Shown here piece after piece: positions 25,663-39,131 of a stretch of DNA of 64,000 nucleotides; the stretch's first letter is position 1; each line of letters begins with the position of its first letter. The notes under the pieces were generated by a model, which was not told where the DNA came from, did no database searches, and worked only from the letters and a program-made list of their open reading frames with translations. The translations under genes and the position numbers were made by a program. The DNA lies in the NCBI GenBank assembly GCA_030390025.1, contig CM059447.1, forward strand, positions 15,872,001-15,936,000, given 5' to 3'. The DNA is from Squalus acanthias (lineage: Eukaryota).

Positions 25663-27147
25663 AAAATCAAAATCTGTAATAACTTCAGAACAGCCAGAAT
25701 TTAGATCTGCTCAGAAAGCACAGGTATGATCAGAACTAGATATTGATAGAGGTCAAACCTAAGGCCCTAAGATTCACAATCCTCGATCGACACCTCAGGT
25801 TATATTGTCCCAAATGATGCTGATCCATTCCCCCCCGCCCGCCTTCATCGAATGAACAGTACGTTATATGCGGTCATAAATTGTACATGCTTTGGATTCA
25901 ATTTACTATCAGCTGATCGATCCGTTAAAAGTGTTCCACACTTTTTTAAATTTAATATACAAATGATTTTAACATATATGCATTTCTGGGGGGGAAAAAT
26001 GATATTTCTGTCTAAATAGTTACACTTGTGAAACCCCATCTGAGCCAATCTTGCTCCATCTCATCTGGTGTGTGGCTCGAGCAGCAGCAGGTCTGTGATG
26101 TACGGGGGTGAAAATATGCTGAAAATGGTTCCAAACAAACAGCTTCCAAGCCAATCGGGTGTTCACATGCAGCAGATAAAGCCACATGCTGAAAGGGTTA
26201 ATGTGCGGCTGTTGTATTAAAGCTGTCGCCTTTAATTAGGGTTGTTAAAAGTTTAACTAGTTCCACTAAAGTAAATGAGAGTCTGTAAATTCCAACTGCA
26301 GATGCCCGACTCCCACATGGAGTCACCTTTCCCCCTCAGAAAGTTACCCCCATTGTGACAGATGGACATGAAACATCTGTGTTGCTACATTCAATGCACA
26401 GTGTAACAATTCCACCTCTAAGTACCATAAGACATGCAAGGCACCAGTTCCACTGTAGAACTGTAGTTGATGCTCCATTAACTGTCATTTCTAAACTTAA
26501 TTTGCAGGTATGTTACAAACAAGTTGTAGATGTGATGAAGATTATACTTGTGGGTGGGATAACTGCCTAACTTTTTGTGGAAGACTGACCCTTACCGATT
26601 TGTTTAAAGCATTCTTACGGGGTTGAGAATATACATTGGGACATTTGAACAAGTGGGTTAATTTGTAAACGGATGTGTAATAGGGCACAATAGAGATGAG
26701 AACTAAACTTCTCTTGAGTTTATTATGCTTTGAAAACCCTACTATTCAATCCCAGCTTTTTATGTTTGAAAATGCAGCCCAGTCCCCTATCGGTGTTGTT
26801 TTAAACTTTCAACGCTGAGCTGCTCATTGTTAAAGGATCTAAATCAGGTGGCAGGGATGGCTGTTGGAGAGTAATGTGATTTTGGACGGCCTGCTGATTG
26901 ATGTAAAAGCCGATTCCGCCCATCTCACGCTTCCAATATGGAAGCTTGGCAAAACAGTAGGATTTCATTTGTTTTCTTTAATGATTGGAATGTACTTTTC
27001 TTCCTTTTAGGGGGAAAGAAAAACGTAGTCTCAATCAATCAGTGATAAAATCCTTCATTCAGCACTTTTCATTACTGCTGTGTTGAATCCATTTTTACTA
27101 CAACTTTGGCCCTAGTTTGTCCAATCCAACATTATTGATGTAATTTA

Positions 27148-27184
27148 TGAGAGAGAGCGAGAGAGAGAGAGAGAGAGAGAGAGA
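27148..27184 (+). repeat. (GA)n microsatellite
   Basis: Direct reading. Confidence 0.9.
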
Positions 27185-28024
27185 TGGCCACAGTTGCATT
27201 CAGCAACGCACATCTAAGACTCCATTACAACAGGTCCAATTGGGGGGTGGGGGGAGTAGGTGGAAATGCATCAAATCATCAATATCACTCAATAATTCAA
27301 AAGCCATCAAAACTATCAGAAATTCAGAATAAACTGTACATTCAAGTTGAATATCTTCTACTGCCTCCAGATCACACATACAGAAAGTCACATAACGGGC
27401 TCGCTGGCAAATCAAAACAAAACGGTTACATTCTCATACAGGGACTTAACCATCATTCTGCAGTGACTAAAAGAGAATAATGACCTATAATTAACGCGTT
27501 TGTCATTTTAAAGTTTTTTTTTCCCACGAGAGAGCACTACAGCTTTAAGAGTGAAGAGGAACTGTATGATACACAAGTGTGCAGTGCCCTGCCAAGAGCA
27601 TGCTCCAGCACTCACTGGCAGCCACTAACACACCAGAGAACAATGACTTCTGTATTCAAACAGGGAGAGTGCGAGAGAGAACAAGTCTGTATCAAAAAAA
27701 ATTCATTTTTAATAGTAACAGCTGTCCCTGGAGCCGTGACCCTCACAACGTTGGAACACTGAAGCTCTTTCAAGGAGTGACAAAATAAGCACCGATGCAG
27801 CTGTGCAAGGGAACTCATTTACAGTTCAGGCAGATTAACGCACATGTCCTGAATAGGAGACAAGAATTTTGATTTACGGAAGCCAAAGATTAACTCTTAG
27901 GGGTCAAAATAATTCTAACACAGATGAGTAACGACACACAAGTGTGAAGACATCTCTGGGCCCATCCAGGCCATAAATAGGACTTTTTCCAGTTAACTTA
28001 TCAGTGGGATTTTGAGTACTGGAG

Positions 28025-28154
28025 NNNNNNNNNNNNNNNNNNNNNNNNNNNNNNNNNNNNNNNNNNNNNNNNNNNNNNNNNNNNNNNNNNNNNNNNNNNN
28101 NNNNNNNNNNNNNNNNNNNNNNNNNNNNNNNNNNNNNNNNNNNNNNNNNNNNNN
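28025..28154. other. Assembly gap (N run)
   Basis: Run of N. Confidence 1.
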
Positions 28155-30111
28155 ATTTCTCCAATTCTATTTCATAATAATATCCACCATTAGAAAACCA
28201 GATAGAAGGTGGAGCTGGGTAGTACAGTGGCACAGAAAATGATTTTACTGGTGTAACACGACATAAAACACGGGGATTTTGAAAACTGACAAAAATTCAA
28301 TGTTCAGCAGGTTAATCCTACGATTAGTGATGGTTCTTAACAGGCACACTGCTGTAGCATAGTCGTCGGACCCAAGAATTCTGATGGAGGGACATGCCAT
28401 AACACAGTACAAAATGGAATGAGAGGCTAAAAACAAGCTGTTATGATTTTTCTGTATGATTTACATGTGACCTCTTAACAAGCCAATGTGGTTACATCTC
28501 ATTTCATTGTACCAGAATTCTGAGAAAGAGCAATGTGAAAGGATAACGTTGCTCTTCCCAGTACAATGTGAGCAATGTCTGGGTCCAAAAACAGAACACA
28601 TAGATCATGCTGCTTGTTCAATAGATCCAAACTGCAACAGCAATGTTTGTATCTTTGATGCTGAGACTGATCAATTTTTATCTTGATCTTGCGTTGCGGA
28701 TTTCGAAAACAACAACTACAAAATAACTATTCCGTTCACTGCACTACAACAGTTTGTTTTCAACTCATGCGATGAGAGATTTGATTGTAATACAAGATCC
28801 ATACGACAACTGAATCATGTTCTCATCATACTTTTTGGCAATATAGGTACTTTTTCCACTTAGTGATCATATAATAGATATACTATATGTATAGGCCCCT
28901 AATACTATAGAAGTTGGCATCCACAAACCGCTGATTCACAGCAGACGAGAAACAAATTAAAGCTTTGTCATTCTGTACCAAAAATTATTCCAAAAATAGC
29001 ATTAAACTGCTCTTTTTAAATGTTCATCATCCCAGAAATATCCTGTCGGATGTGCTTTTAAAAAAAAATCCTCACAGGATCCATTGCTCATGCTGATGCA
29101 ACTCAAGGCAATAATTCTCCTGGTCACCCCTTTTCTCATGCACCTCCAGTAAAATCAATAGCCTCCTAGACAGCCTGGAATCTGGGCCTGAGCATTTGAA
29201 GGCACCACCTCGATATAAAAAATCCCTCTTTCATACAGTTAACAGGAAAAAAAATGTCTGTTGCGAGCTCACCCAACTCCTGCCCTCTCACTACTGTACT
29301 CATTTCAAAGTTAATCATCCTTACTTTAAATTAACTTTTTTTTTTAAATTGGCCATGTTATAATCAAGAGGGAAAAAGAGTGGAGAGAAAAATGCTAAAA
29401 AGCAAATGGACTGTGCATGTGACAACAGGAAATGCATCGACATTGTAGATTGGATTATGTAGTTTTTTTTTAAATTCCCACTTTTTCCCCTCAATTCTAA
29501 TATGGTCAGAAGAAAAGGCTGATTCATATTAAGAATAGGTGCTAAGTGGGAGGGCAGCAGACAGGCATGCTGGCTGTAGCCAGGACATCTCACCACCAAC
29601 ATTTCAGTAGTTGGAGCACAGCAGCATCTACACTGGTGGAAGATTTGTATTTAATGCATTTGGAGTATGAGAAACCCACGCATGGAAAGTCAAACAGGAG
29701 CCAAATCATTTGACTCCTTCCATTTGGTACCTAAAGCAACTCCACTACAGGCCACTCTTCACAAAGCATTTGCTGATCTATTAAAATAGAATTTGTTTGC
29801 AGATGGATATTTGCAGAATATATTGCCAAAGATTTGTTCTATGTAGACAATTACAGAATACAGAACTTCAGTAACAGCTCTGCAAATAGGGGCATACATT
29901 GGAATCACACAGAAATCTTCGGCCTGGAGAACAACATTCCTGGCTGCAATAAAATTACTCCTCAGGCTCTCCTCACATCACAGCCTCCACAACCCCTGCT
30001 TATGGACAGCTGTGGTGCCTCAGTTTGTGCAGAGCTGTGTAACGTCCTTGACAGTGTGATTAACTCAATTCAATCCACTGTATAACTATAATGTATCATG
30101 GCTGAATCATC

Positions 30112-30143
<32 letters not shown>

Positions 30144-30150
30144 TATATAT
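30112..30150 (+). repeat. (TA)n microsatellite next to a LINE tail
   Basis: Direct reading. Confidence 0.9.
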
Positions 30151-30159
30151 AATTTTTTT

Positions 30160-30590
30160 TTTAATTCGCTTATGGGATCTGGGCGTAGCTGGCAAGGCCA
30201 GCATTTATTGCCCATCCCTAGTTGCCCTTGAGAAGGTGGTGGTGAGCCGCAGTCCGTGTGGTGAAGGTACTCCCACAGTGCTGTTAGGGAGGGAGTTCCA
30301 GGATTTTGACCCAGCGACGATGAAGGATCGGCGATATACTTCTAAGTCAGGATGGTGTGTGACTTGGAGGGGATCTTGGAGGTGGTGGTGTTCCCATGCG
30401 CCTGCTGCCCTTGTCCTTCTAGGTGGAAGAGGTCGCGCGTTTGGGAGGTGCTGCCGAAGAAGCCTTGGCGAGTTGCTGCAGTGCATCTTGTAGATGGTAC
30501 ACACTGCAGCCAAGGTGCGCCGGTGGTGGAGGGAGTGAATGTTTAAGGTGGTGGATGGGGTGCCAATCAAACGGGCTGCTTTGTCTTGGA
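30160..30590 (-). mobile_element. CR1/L2-group LINE 3' end
   Basis: ORF 30205-30570 reads LNIHSLHHRRTLAAVCTIYKMHC...SKSWNSLPNS; near-identical to the 57470 copy. Confidence 0.85.
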
Positions 30591-30654
30591 TAATTTAAAA
30601 AAAAAACAAGAATCTTTAAAGGAACAATGTTGTACTAGTATAGAGATAGATACC

Positions 30655-30880
30655 CCAATGGTTTGACGGTAAATGCACCGTCCAGTGTGGCATGGAGCCA
30701 TCTGGATTGAAAAGGTCCTGGGTTTGATGCCTGGTTCATACTGAGGGTGATAGTCGGAGCTACTCCTGGGCTGTTCCTGATAGTGAATCAGCTGGAAGGT
30801 GCCTATGGTGAAGATTGGGTGAAGACACGATTGCACCTGGTTCTGAGGCTCCCAACTGCTGAACAGCCTGCCTGCACTTT
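30655..30880 (+). mobile_element. tRNA-derived SINE (second family), degenerate
   Basis: aaaaggtcctgggtttgatgcctgg...ttcctgatagtgaatcag...gaacagcctgcc resembles the other copies. Confidence 0.5.
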
Positions 30881-32637
30881 AGGGGGACATTTTATGAGTA
30901 TGCAATGAAGATGAAGAATCTTGCTCATTGCCTTTGCATATCAGAAAACGGCACCCAACACACCTACGATTTTCCACTGTGCCAGCAGCCAGTGAGGTTG
31001 CTCATCACCGGCACAGACTTAGAAAATTTAAGCTCCACTGCCCTGAATTGTACGTAATGGATGGCCACGTGTGTGAGCTGCCAGAGAACTGCTGGTGCTG
31101 AAGGAACTGAACTCCCAGCATAAGTTAGAACTTCAGAGGAGGGAGAAAATTCTGGATGAAATTATATGCGTCTACACCAGCAGTGGAGAATAACTTAACT
31201 GGACAAGTTTTAAAATAAAAGAATTTACACATTTGTCTCCAATTCGTGTCATATCGTAACTAGTTAAATGTGTCCACAATTGAGCAATTTAAAAATCATG
31301 CATGAACCCAAGGAGAGATTCATCTAAAATAAGTCAGCAGAATTATAAAGTACACCATTTATGCAACTATTTTTAAAAATATTGATAGCTTTATACGGAC
31401 TGCTTCGAACCAAATTTGAGGCAGAACAAGTATGAGAGACTTGCCCTTTAGTCTTGTCCTTCATTTTGCCTCCTCTTAAGCAAGACAATAATACTGTGCT
31501 AGTCCATAATTGCTTCAATGTTCTTTTGTTCTGGAAAATAAAATTGCTGGAGAGTTCTGTTCAGAATCTTTGACTCATAAATGACTAAAGTTGATGAAAT
31601 TGCCAGCGCTGACCAGAACATGCGAGTGAACTTCGCTTTTTTCCCCAGACACTGAAGAAATCCCCTTTTAAAATAAAGTGTTCTCATCATTAAGTTTCAG
31701 GAAAGAATTCAGGAAGGACTGCAATTCCATTTCCCCATAAAATGATGAAATTGTTCAAGTAGCAGGAATAACCAGAAATGTTAGAAGAAAAAAAAATTCC
31801 CATTCCCTAGATACCAAAGACATCTTTTCTCTCTGTGGGAGTGATGATCATTTATATCATCTGGGCAAATGATTACAGACTCATGAAAACACTGGAGCAG
31901 GAACACACTGGCAACTGGTTTCAAATGCTTTCCGAGTCTCTCTATTTTTGTGGGGAGAGGATAAGAAGGAATCCCAAGAAGTTTGCAACAGATTTTCTGA
32001 TTGATACTTTTTTTTTTACTGTGTAACTGAAGAGGAAAAATAATCTAGTTTAAAAATGTCTTCAAACCAAAATGTTGATCCTGACAACAGTTAAGCTAGT
32101 CGAGAATTGTCGGATCAAAACTCCTACAGGCTGTTTTCAGGGGAAAATAAATAATTGCAAAATGTGTACCTCTACAACTAAATGCACATTAAAATACAAA
32201 AACCCTTCATTATTTAAAAAGAAAAACACACTGGAGTGAATTATCACTTAACCACCTCAACTGCTTGCAATGTTCCGGAACAATTTTAACAACCACGCTA
32301 ACATTCCTTAAAGGATTGCACACCCGCTAAAACAATTGAACAAATAAAATGTTACAACTGAGGGTGTATTACAAACATGTTTTCTTTAGAAATACTGTTA
32401 ACTCATTTGTACCAGTTGTCTGTTTTTTCAGGTTGCAGTTGTACTGCAGCCCATGGTCGTAAAGGTGTGACGTATACTCAGGAATAGACTTGCAAAGTGC
32501 ACACCACTGTCCGTTGCACTCAAGCAACCTCTGTGTTGCACTCCCGCCACCTCTGTGTTGCACTCCCTGGTTAGCTCGTTGTTTAATGTTGAGAGAACGC
32601 AAGGTGGGGAGGAAGGTAGAAGAAAAGGAGAAAGAAA

Positions 32638-32850
32638 AAAAGACTTGCATTTATATAGCACCTTTCACGACCACCGGACGTCCCAAAGCGCTTTACAGCC
32701 AATGAAGTACTTTTGGAGTGGAGTCACTGTTGTAATGTCGGAAACAAGGCGACCAATTTGCGCACAGCAAGCTCCCACAAACAGCAATGTGATCATGACC
32801 GGATAATCTGTTTTTGTTATGCTGATTGAGGAATAAATATTGGCCAGGCC
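32638..32850 (-). mobile_element. DeuSINE 3' part
   Basis: agacttgcatttatatagcacctttcacg...aaagcgctttacagccaatgaagtac... is the reverse complement of the tail of the 9466 copy. Confidence 0.85.
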
Positions 32851-35849
32851 AGGAGTGGAGAAGGGGAAGGTAGGGGGCGGTGGGATGATGGTGGGGAGAA
32901 GGTTGGGGCAGAAGAGGGAGAAGATAAGGAGCATTCATTTTCTCTTCATATTAAAAGATAACTAAAAGTAAGTTAGGGTCAGCTGGGTACATTTAAATGC
33001 GGCTTTGCACTGGGCTAGAATTATACCGCACCCAATGCAAACTCAGTGGTGCGAAACAGCATATGAGTGAGGTCCGACATCATTTGGTTTCGGATTGGGA
33101 TCGGACTACTGAGCCTCACATCAACATAAAAGTGGCAGTATAACTGCAGTCCTACACTCATCTGGGGCCACCAGTAGGAAACCTTGCATATACTTTTTTT
33201 TTACATGTTTTCTAAGCACATGGCTTGATACCCAGTCCAGCTGCAATTACTTAATACAATGAGGGTTGTATATAGTTATACAGCTTTATGCATTAGGTTC
33301 TGAGTGCTCAGTGACGGGGTCAGAGTCGGGGTCGTTCCTCGTCAAGCGAGCTGGCGGTTCACTGGGGTAGGCAAGGCGCGTGTGAGCTTCGCATTCGGTT
33401 CAGGCAGCAGCGTGTCCATTTTGGTGTTGAGCAGAGCACTAGGACCTGTCTCTTCAGCAGTGAGCCCTAGGGTTGGTCCGGTGTTTGGGCTTGAGGTAGA
33501 ATTATCATAATATTTGGAGACTAGTCTGTAAAAATATGACACATTTAGAAGCAATTAGTTACATGTTGTCTTTATTGAATCTTGACCAGAGCTGGGATTG
33601 CACACACTGGTACTGGGTCTCTACTAGCAACCTACACGTAATTGGCACAGGTCAGTTGTTAGAATTCACTCATTGCCAACTCAGAAACTCTATATATTTT
33701 CAATGAAACTCTCGCTTCATTGCCAGTTATGTGGGCCACATTACCTCTGAACTTGTTATTTGCCACTCCAGAGGAAAAACCTGATAAAACACAGTTGTTC
33801 CCATGTAACAAGAATTCAAGACTTAATTGACTAGGCGTAGATTTTGGCTGTCGAAAAAAAGTAGCTTTTCCCCGCAAAAGAATATTTTGCTCCACAAAGG
33901 CAACCGCTAGCCAGTTTGAAATTAAGAACCAGTTCGTGAGAGCTAAGGAACAAATTCGCTTACCTAATCCATTATTATTTCATACGCTGAATTTCACTGC
34001 TGCACTCCTCTTTTATGATTTTAATGAACATGTTTTCAGCAACATTACCCATGCAGCTCCAAGAGAAACCTCCCAATAAATTGACCTTTATTCTACGCCA
34101 ATTTTCTCAGGGCAGCGTTGACCTCCTGCTTCCGCTCCATCACACGTGGCATTGGAGGTAGCTTCGGGGCGGGGCTTGTGCTCATCTAGGCTCCCATCTG
34201 GATGATGTCCATCTGCCCCAATCAATTTCAAGCCCATTCCAAGTCAGGCTGAACCCTTTAATGTATACGTGTACTTCTTTGTTTAACTTATGCCTGTAGT
34301 TTATTTCAAATGGAACTAGTAAACCACTCAGGAACTCTGACTCACGTCAAGTCTGGGAGTAGTGAGCAACATGTTCTCTCCAGGCAGTGCCCTTCAGTTA
34401 GAGGCTTCGGTTGGCAAAATAGCTCGGTATTCCCTTCAGTAAATGCTCTCAGGAAAAAAAAGTCATCTCTGCTTTTCCAATTTTCTTTGTTGAATTTCCA
34501 GTCAGGCAAACCAGACTCCCTCTAGCATAGCCTTAGTTAGTGATTGTGCTCTTTAAGTGGAGGAGAAAGAAACACGTTTGAGTGTTTTGACTTTGTACAA
34601 GCTTTTAACATTGTAAGATTTAAAACACCGCTGTATGCTATAAGTCCCTGTACGGAGAGATATTTGCTCGTGGGCACCTTGGTGAGGTGGGGGTCAAGTA
34701 AACATTGCTCAAGATTAGTTGTTTCTTCAGAGAAATGTTACATTTTTCCAGCCCCTGCAAAGGCTGACAGTGCAAAGCAAAGGCTGTTCCTGACGGTGCA
34801 GCCAGCACACCATTTGTCCACTGTACTTTTAAAGAAAAACAACCTCGCACAAATGAGGAGCTCTCATCCCAGAACAATACAGCTGCCCCTATTAAGAAGC
34901 TGCTTCAAACATGGCATTTCTGAACAAAAAGTTTCATTTTTCCACAAAGGCATTCTCTTAAGATTTCAGCCATCGCAGAGTTCAAATTGTGTTGATTATA
35001 ACAGCCGTTAACAGGGGTGCAGAACAGAATAAAGAAACCAGCTCAGTTTTACTGTGGTTTCACTGCAGCTGGGCGTCCCCACAAACTGCTCTCAAACCAC
35101 CGCAGTCTGACTGAATCGGACATGGACGGCGCGTGCTGGGAAAACTCTGACCCACTTTTCTGTCCTTTGCAGACCAGACTGTACGAGCACTGGAAACTGC
35201 TCCAGTTTGCAAAGACCAATACAAAGTGAGCCTAACGTTTTGAATCCACACCGTTAACAAGTTCTGAACCAGTCACAAACAAGGGCATTGTTTAGCGGGG
35301 CAAAGGGAACTTGAGTGTGCCTGAAAATTTCAGCTCGATTTGTTGCTACCTGTTCACCATTGCTATGAACATCAATGAGCGCCACATAACGGGTAGGTAT
35401 CAGCCAAATGCCAGTTCAGCCGTATTGGGCAACTGGCAGTAAGAGCTGGCAGCTGAACATGCAACCTTGCTCCTACCAATCTCTTATCCATTAGCTCTCT
35501 TCAGTATCATTACCCCCTGCTACACCAGCTGGTTGTACTAAACATGAAAAATGAAAATGATGTTAACATTTTCTTCTGGGCTCGAACACGAGCACTTTAC
35601 CAGTTCCATTTTAATCCTAATTAGTTTTTAGTATGGGAAATAGAATCAGCAGGCAGAAAGGGGAGGGAGCAGACAGTGGAAGTATAATAATTCCATGGAT
35701 GCCAGCACCATGTATCTGGTTGCTGGGGGGGGGGGAAAAAAGACAAGCTATTTGACACTTCTACAAAGAACCGGTCAACAGGAAAGCCTGACTCAGGAAA
35801 CATATTGCAATTTCTTACCAAACTAATTTGAAATTGGACGAACAACTTT

Positions 35850-36085
35850 CACATCTTTACACAAAGAATTGTTAGAGCATGGAATTCTTTGCCACGGGGA
35901 GTGATTGAGGCAGAGACCACTGCATCTCTTAAGGGAAGAGCAGATAAACATTTGAAGCAGAAAAGATGCAGGACTATGGAGAGGCAGCAGGGCTCAATCT
36001 CGAGTTGCTCGAGCAAAGAACCTGCACAGAATAAATGGGGCGAATATCCTTTTGCTGTGCTGTCAATTTCTACGGTTCTATGGTT
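35850..36085 (+). mobile_element. CR1 LINE 3' end
   Basis: tttacacaaagaattgttagagcatggaattctttgcca (FTQRIVRAWNSLP) and tail cttttgctgtgctgtcaatttctacggttctatgg. Confidence 0.75.
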
Positions 36086-37364
36086 CCAAAATGCAGATGC
36101 TATTAATGTTGATGCTGCTTTCAAAACAAAGCAGAAAACAAACTCTGTATATGCCAGGACAAACACACCACTGTCAGTGTTTACAGCACCCACATCTTGA
36201 ATGATCATTGACAATTTTTTTAATTTGTATTGCGTAAGGGAAATAAACATACTTATTTGCTGTATGATCACCTAATATTTGATATATAAACAATCTTACA
36301 CTCGGGTCTGTCAAATTCATAGGTCTCCACCTAAATTCAGAATTAGGGAATTTTCAATATTTTATTCAAACAGCTACTTGAGGACGAAAGGAGATCCAGT
36401 TGTAATATTACCTGACAAGTCACAGAAAAACAACTTTTTAATCCACATAGCTAAAGGCCACATGAGTGATATAGAGTGTAACAAGCTGATTAATACTTTT
36501 AATATATTGGTGCAGTGAATGAAGTCGGGACTGGTAAAGGGCAGCCCTAGAGGCCGTCAGCAAAGCCAAATTTGAAACAGTAAGATTAATGATTCTGTTG
36601 ATAGGAAAAATTCTCTCCCAGCCTTGTCAATGCCTTTTACCTCTCATGGTTTGAACTAAAAATCTAAAGTTAAAATCCTTCTTTGATTTCAGGGTCCTTC
36701 CAAAGTAGGAAGAGAGTTTTAAAAGAGGATCTGGTTAAGCCATGACAGAACAGTGGATATTTCCAAATACCTTCTTTTGGTCATACATGTACCTTAAACC
36801 CCTTTCGCCCTGGGAGATCTCATTCAGTTCACATTACATGGACCTGAACTGACCACAAGCTCTTTGCTTTCACATTCATCTCTCCTGACCCAGTTGGTGT
36901 TTACGACAATACCAGATTATCAGCTCTACATGTGCTGTGGTCAGCGCTTGTGCTCAGTGACCAGGGATTTGAACCAGATTGCTCGTATCACTTTGAATGA
37001 AATCTTGCTGCTCTATGGCTGCCTTTACGCAACCAGGACCAGAGGAAAGGGCGCTGCACCCTTTACATTTGCACAAGTAATGTGAAACAGCTGTACATTT
37101 AGAACAAAGGTAAATTTGCAGCTACACTGTAAACAGGGATTGTGTCTTTCATTTGGAATTAGTCAGAGGACTAGTACAACAGTCAGAAAAGAAACATTCA
37201 TGTTAGGATTTTACAGGAGTCCCAGCATTGGAACTCGCTCAAGCAAACCAAGAATGTTGCCTGCTCCCACACTCAGGGCAAGACGACCAGCATTCAATTC
37301 TACATCCCAGTGGTAGAACAGTTTATTGTATTCCTGGTTATAATGAATGCTCCAATGTGTCTTA

Positions 37365-37865
37365 GCCCCCTTTTACACAATACCTCCAACGGGACAGAAG
37401 TCGCTCCCAAGAGGAGTTGTTTGACACACTGGAGCCACTTCCTGTATCTCCGCATCGTTTATATCACACAATAAACTCCCACTCACCTGGAAATCGGCTC
37501 TTCTGGCAATGCATAGAAGAAGAAGTGAGCAAACAAAACACGATCCGACCAGAAAAGACATGTACCGACACCTTCTCCCAACAAAATACGTCCACATCAC
37601 CAACCTCTCCACCTGGCCTGTCGCACTTGGGATCACGCAGCAGTGCAGCGAGCGTGATCGTGTGGGCATCATGATGTGGAAGAGCAGTGTGCTGCCCCCC
37701 GTCCAATGGATTTAAGGCACAGAAGGGGAGGTACTGGCATCAGAGGCATACCGTCTGGCGGCTTCCCCACCTTCAATGGCACTGCTACCACATGATTTAC
37801 ATTGTCAAGTGCCTCCAACAGCAAGCATTGGATTGGAGGAAAACCTTCAAGGTAAAAAGAGGGGC
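37365..37865. mobile_element. Possible PIF/Harbinger-like non-autonomous element
   Basis: Termini gcccccttttacac ... ggtaaaaagaggggc are imperfect TIRs; the interior is GC-richer than the flanks; no clean TSD. Confidence 0.4.
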
Positions 37866-39001
37866 ATTTAGGCGCAATGGTCAAAATGTTGATTGAAGCG
37901 CAAAGAGCATCTGAAACTCCTGAATCTCATACTCCCAATCAGGAGGAACAAGTGATCCGATTGATCATCTTAAGTTTGCCATCTTGCCGACCAGAGGAAA
38001 TAACTTATTATTTGCCCTATTGTAACCCTTCATAATCTTCAAGTCCTCTATTGCGACACCCCTTAACCTCAGCTCCAGTGAGAAAAAAGCTCTCGTCTCT
38101 CTTTATAACTAAAACCACCTAATCCCCTTGTAACGTCTTAGTTTATCTAAGCTGGGATCTTTCTAACGCTCGCTTGATCGCTCTTCTTTTGCATGCTCCT
38201 TTTCTCTGCAGTTTTTGCTTCCTTCCTCCATATGCTGAGAAATTAGCAAATGTAATCCTGTTGTTTGATCACAGTTTGTTCCCTTCAACCACCACAGATC
38301 CAGAGTTGTCCTCCGTTACTAACCACAAATCCTGAGGCAGCCACCAATCCAGAACTGCCTGACCCAGAGACCTCTGTTTTCAATTTCATTTCTCCCCAAC
38401 CTTAACTGTATTTCCTGTGTGCTTTGCCAAGTGGTACATGCAGAAGAATTTCTGGCGCCATTCTGAATTCAGCCATCACTGCAGCTATTTTTGCTGTGGC
38501 TTCTGTCCTTTTAGTTCCCAAGTAGATATTTGGAAATGCCATATAAAAAAACACAGATTTCTGGGAACCCCTGTTTAAATTGGAATAATAAGACCAAGCA
38601 AATCCAATTTTTAAGCAGGTTCCAGGTCCTACACTTGTCCACATCGCCATTACCGTGAGTATCATAGGTATTGGATTGTTCCCATTTAAAAGATCCTCTA
38701 TACTTGGTGGATTGAATTTAAGAATTGATTCAGATCCAGGGTTTACATGAATTTGGTCCAAATTTGCTGAAAAGGCACTGAAGCTCCTACCAGGAAGACT
38801 GAACAAATTAATACCATGTTTGAAAAGTAGGCACTCAAAGAATCCTGCAAAACAGAATAGTTACACCTAATTTGGAGATCTTCAAATTGAGGAATCTTGT
38901 ATGAATGATCCCAGTTACCATCAGGTTGTCATGACAACGTGCTGGAGTAATAGAATTCAGATCTATGTCGCTAATAATTTTCCCACAGTCAAAGTTTGAT
39001 C

Positions 39002-39131
39002 GATGGATTTTTGTGCGGTAAGGGTATCGAGGGTTAATGAGCCAAGGCGGGTAACTGGAGTTAAGATACAGATGAGCCTTGATCGAACTGAATGGTGGAA
39101 CAGGCTCGAGGGGCTGAATGACCTCTGTTCC
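39002..39131 (+). mobile_element. CR1 3' tail fragment
   Basis: gatggatttttg...aagggtatcgagggtta...gaatggtggaacaggctcgaggggctgaatgacct. Confidence 0.7.

Noticed and set aside
29681-29723. Small hairpin atggaaagtcaaa...tttgactccttccat as a possible pre-miRNA
   Set aside because: The stem is short and bulged, and no known miRNA sequence is recognised.
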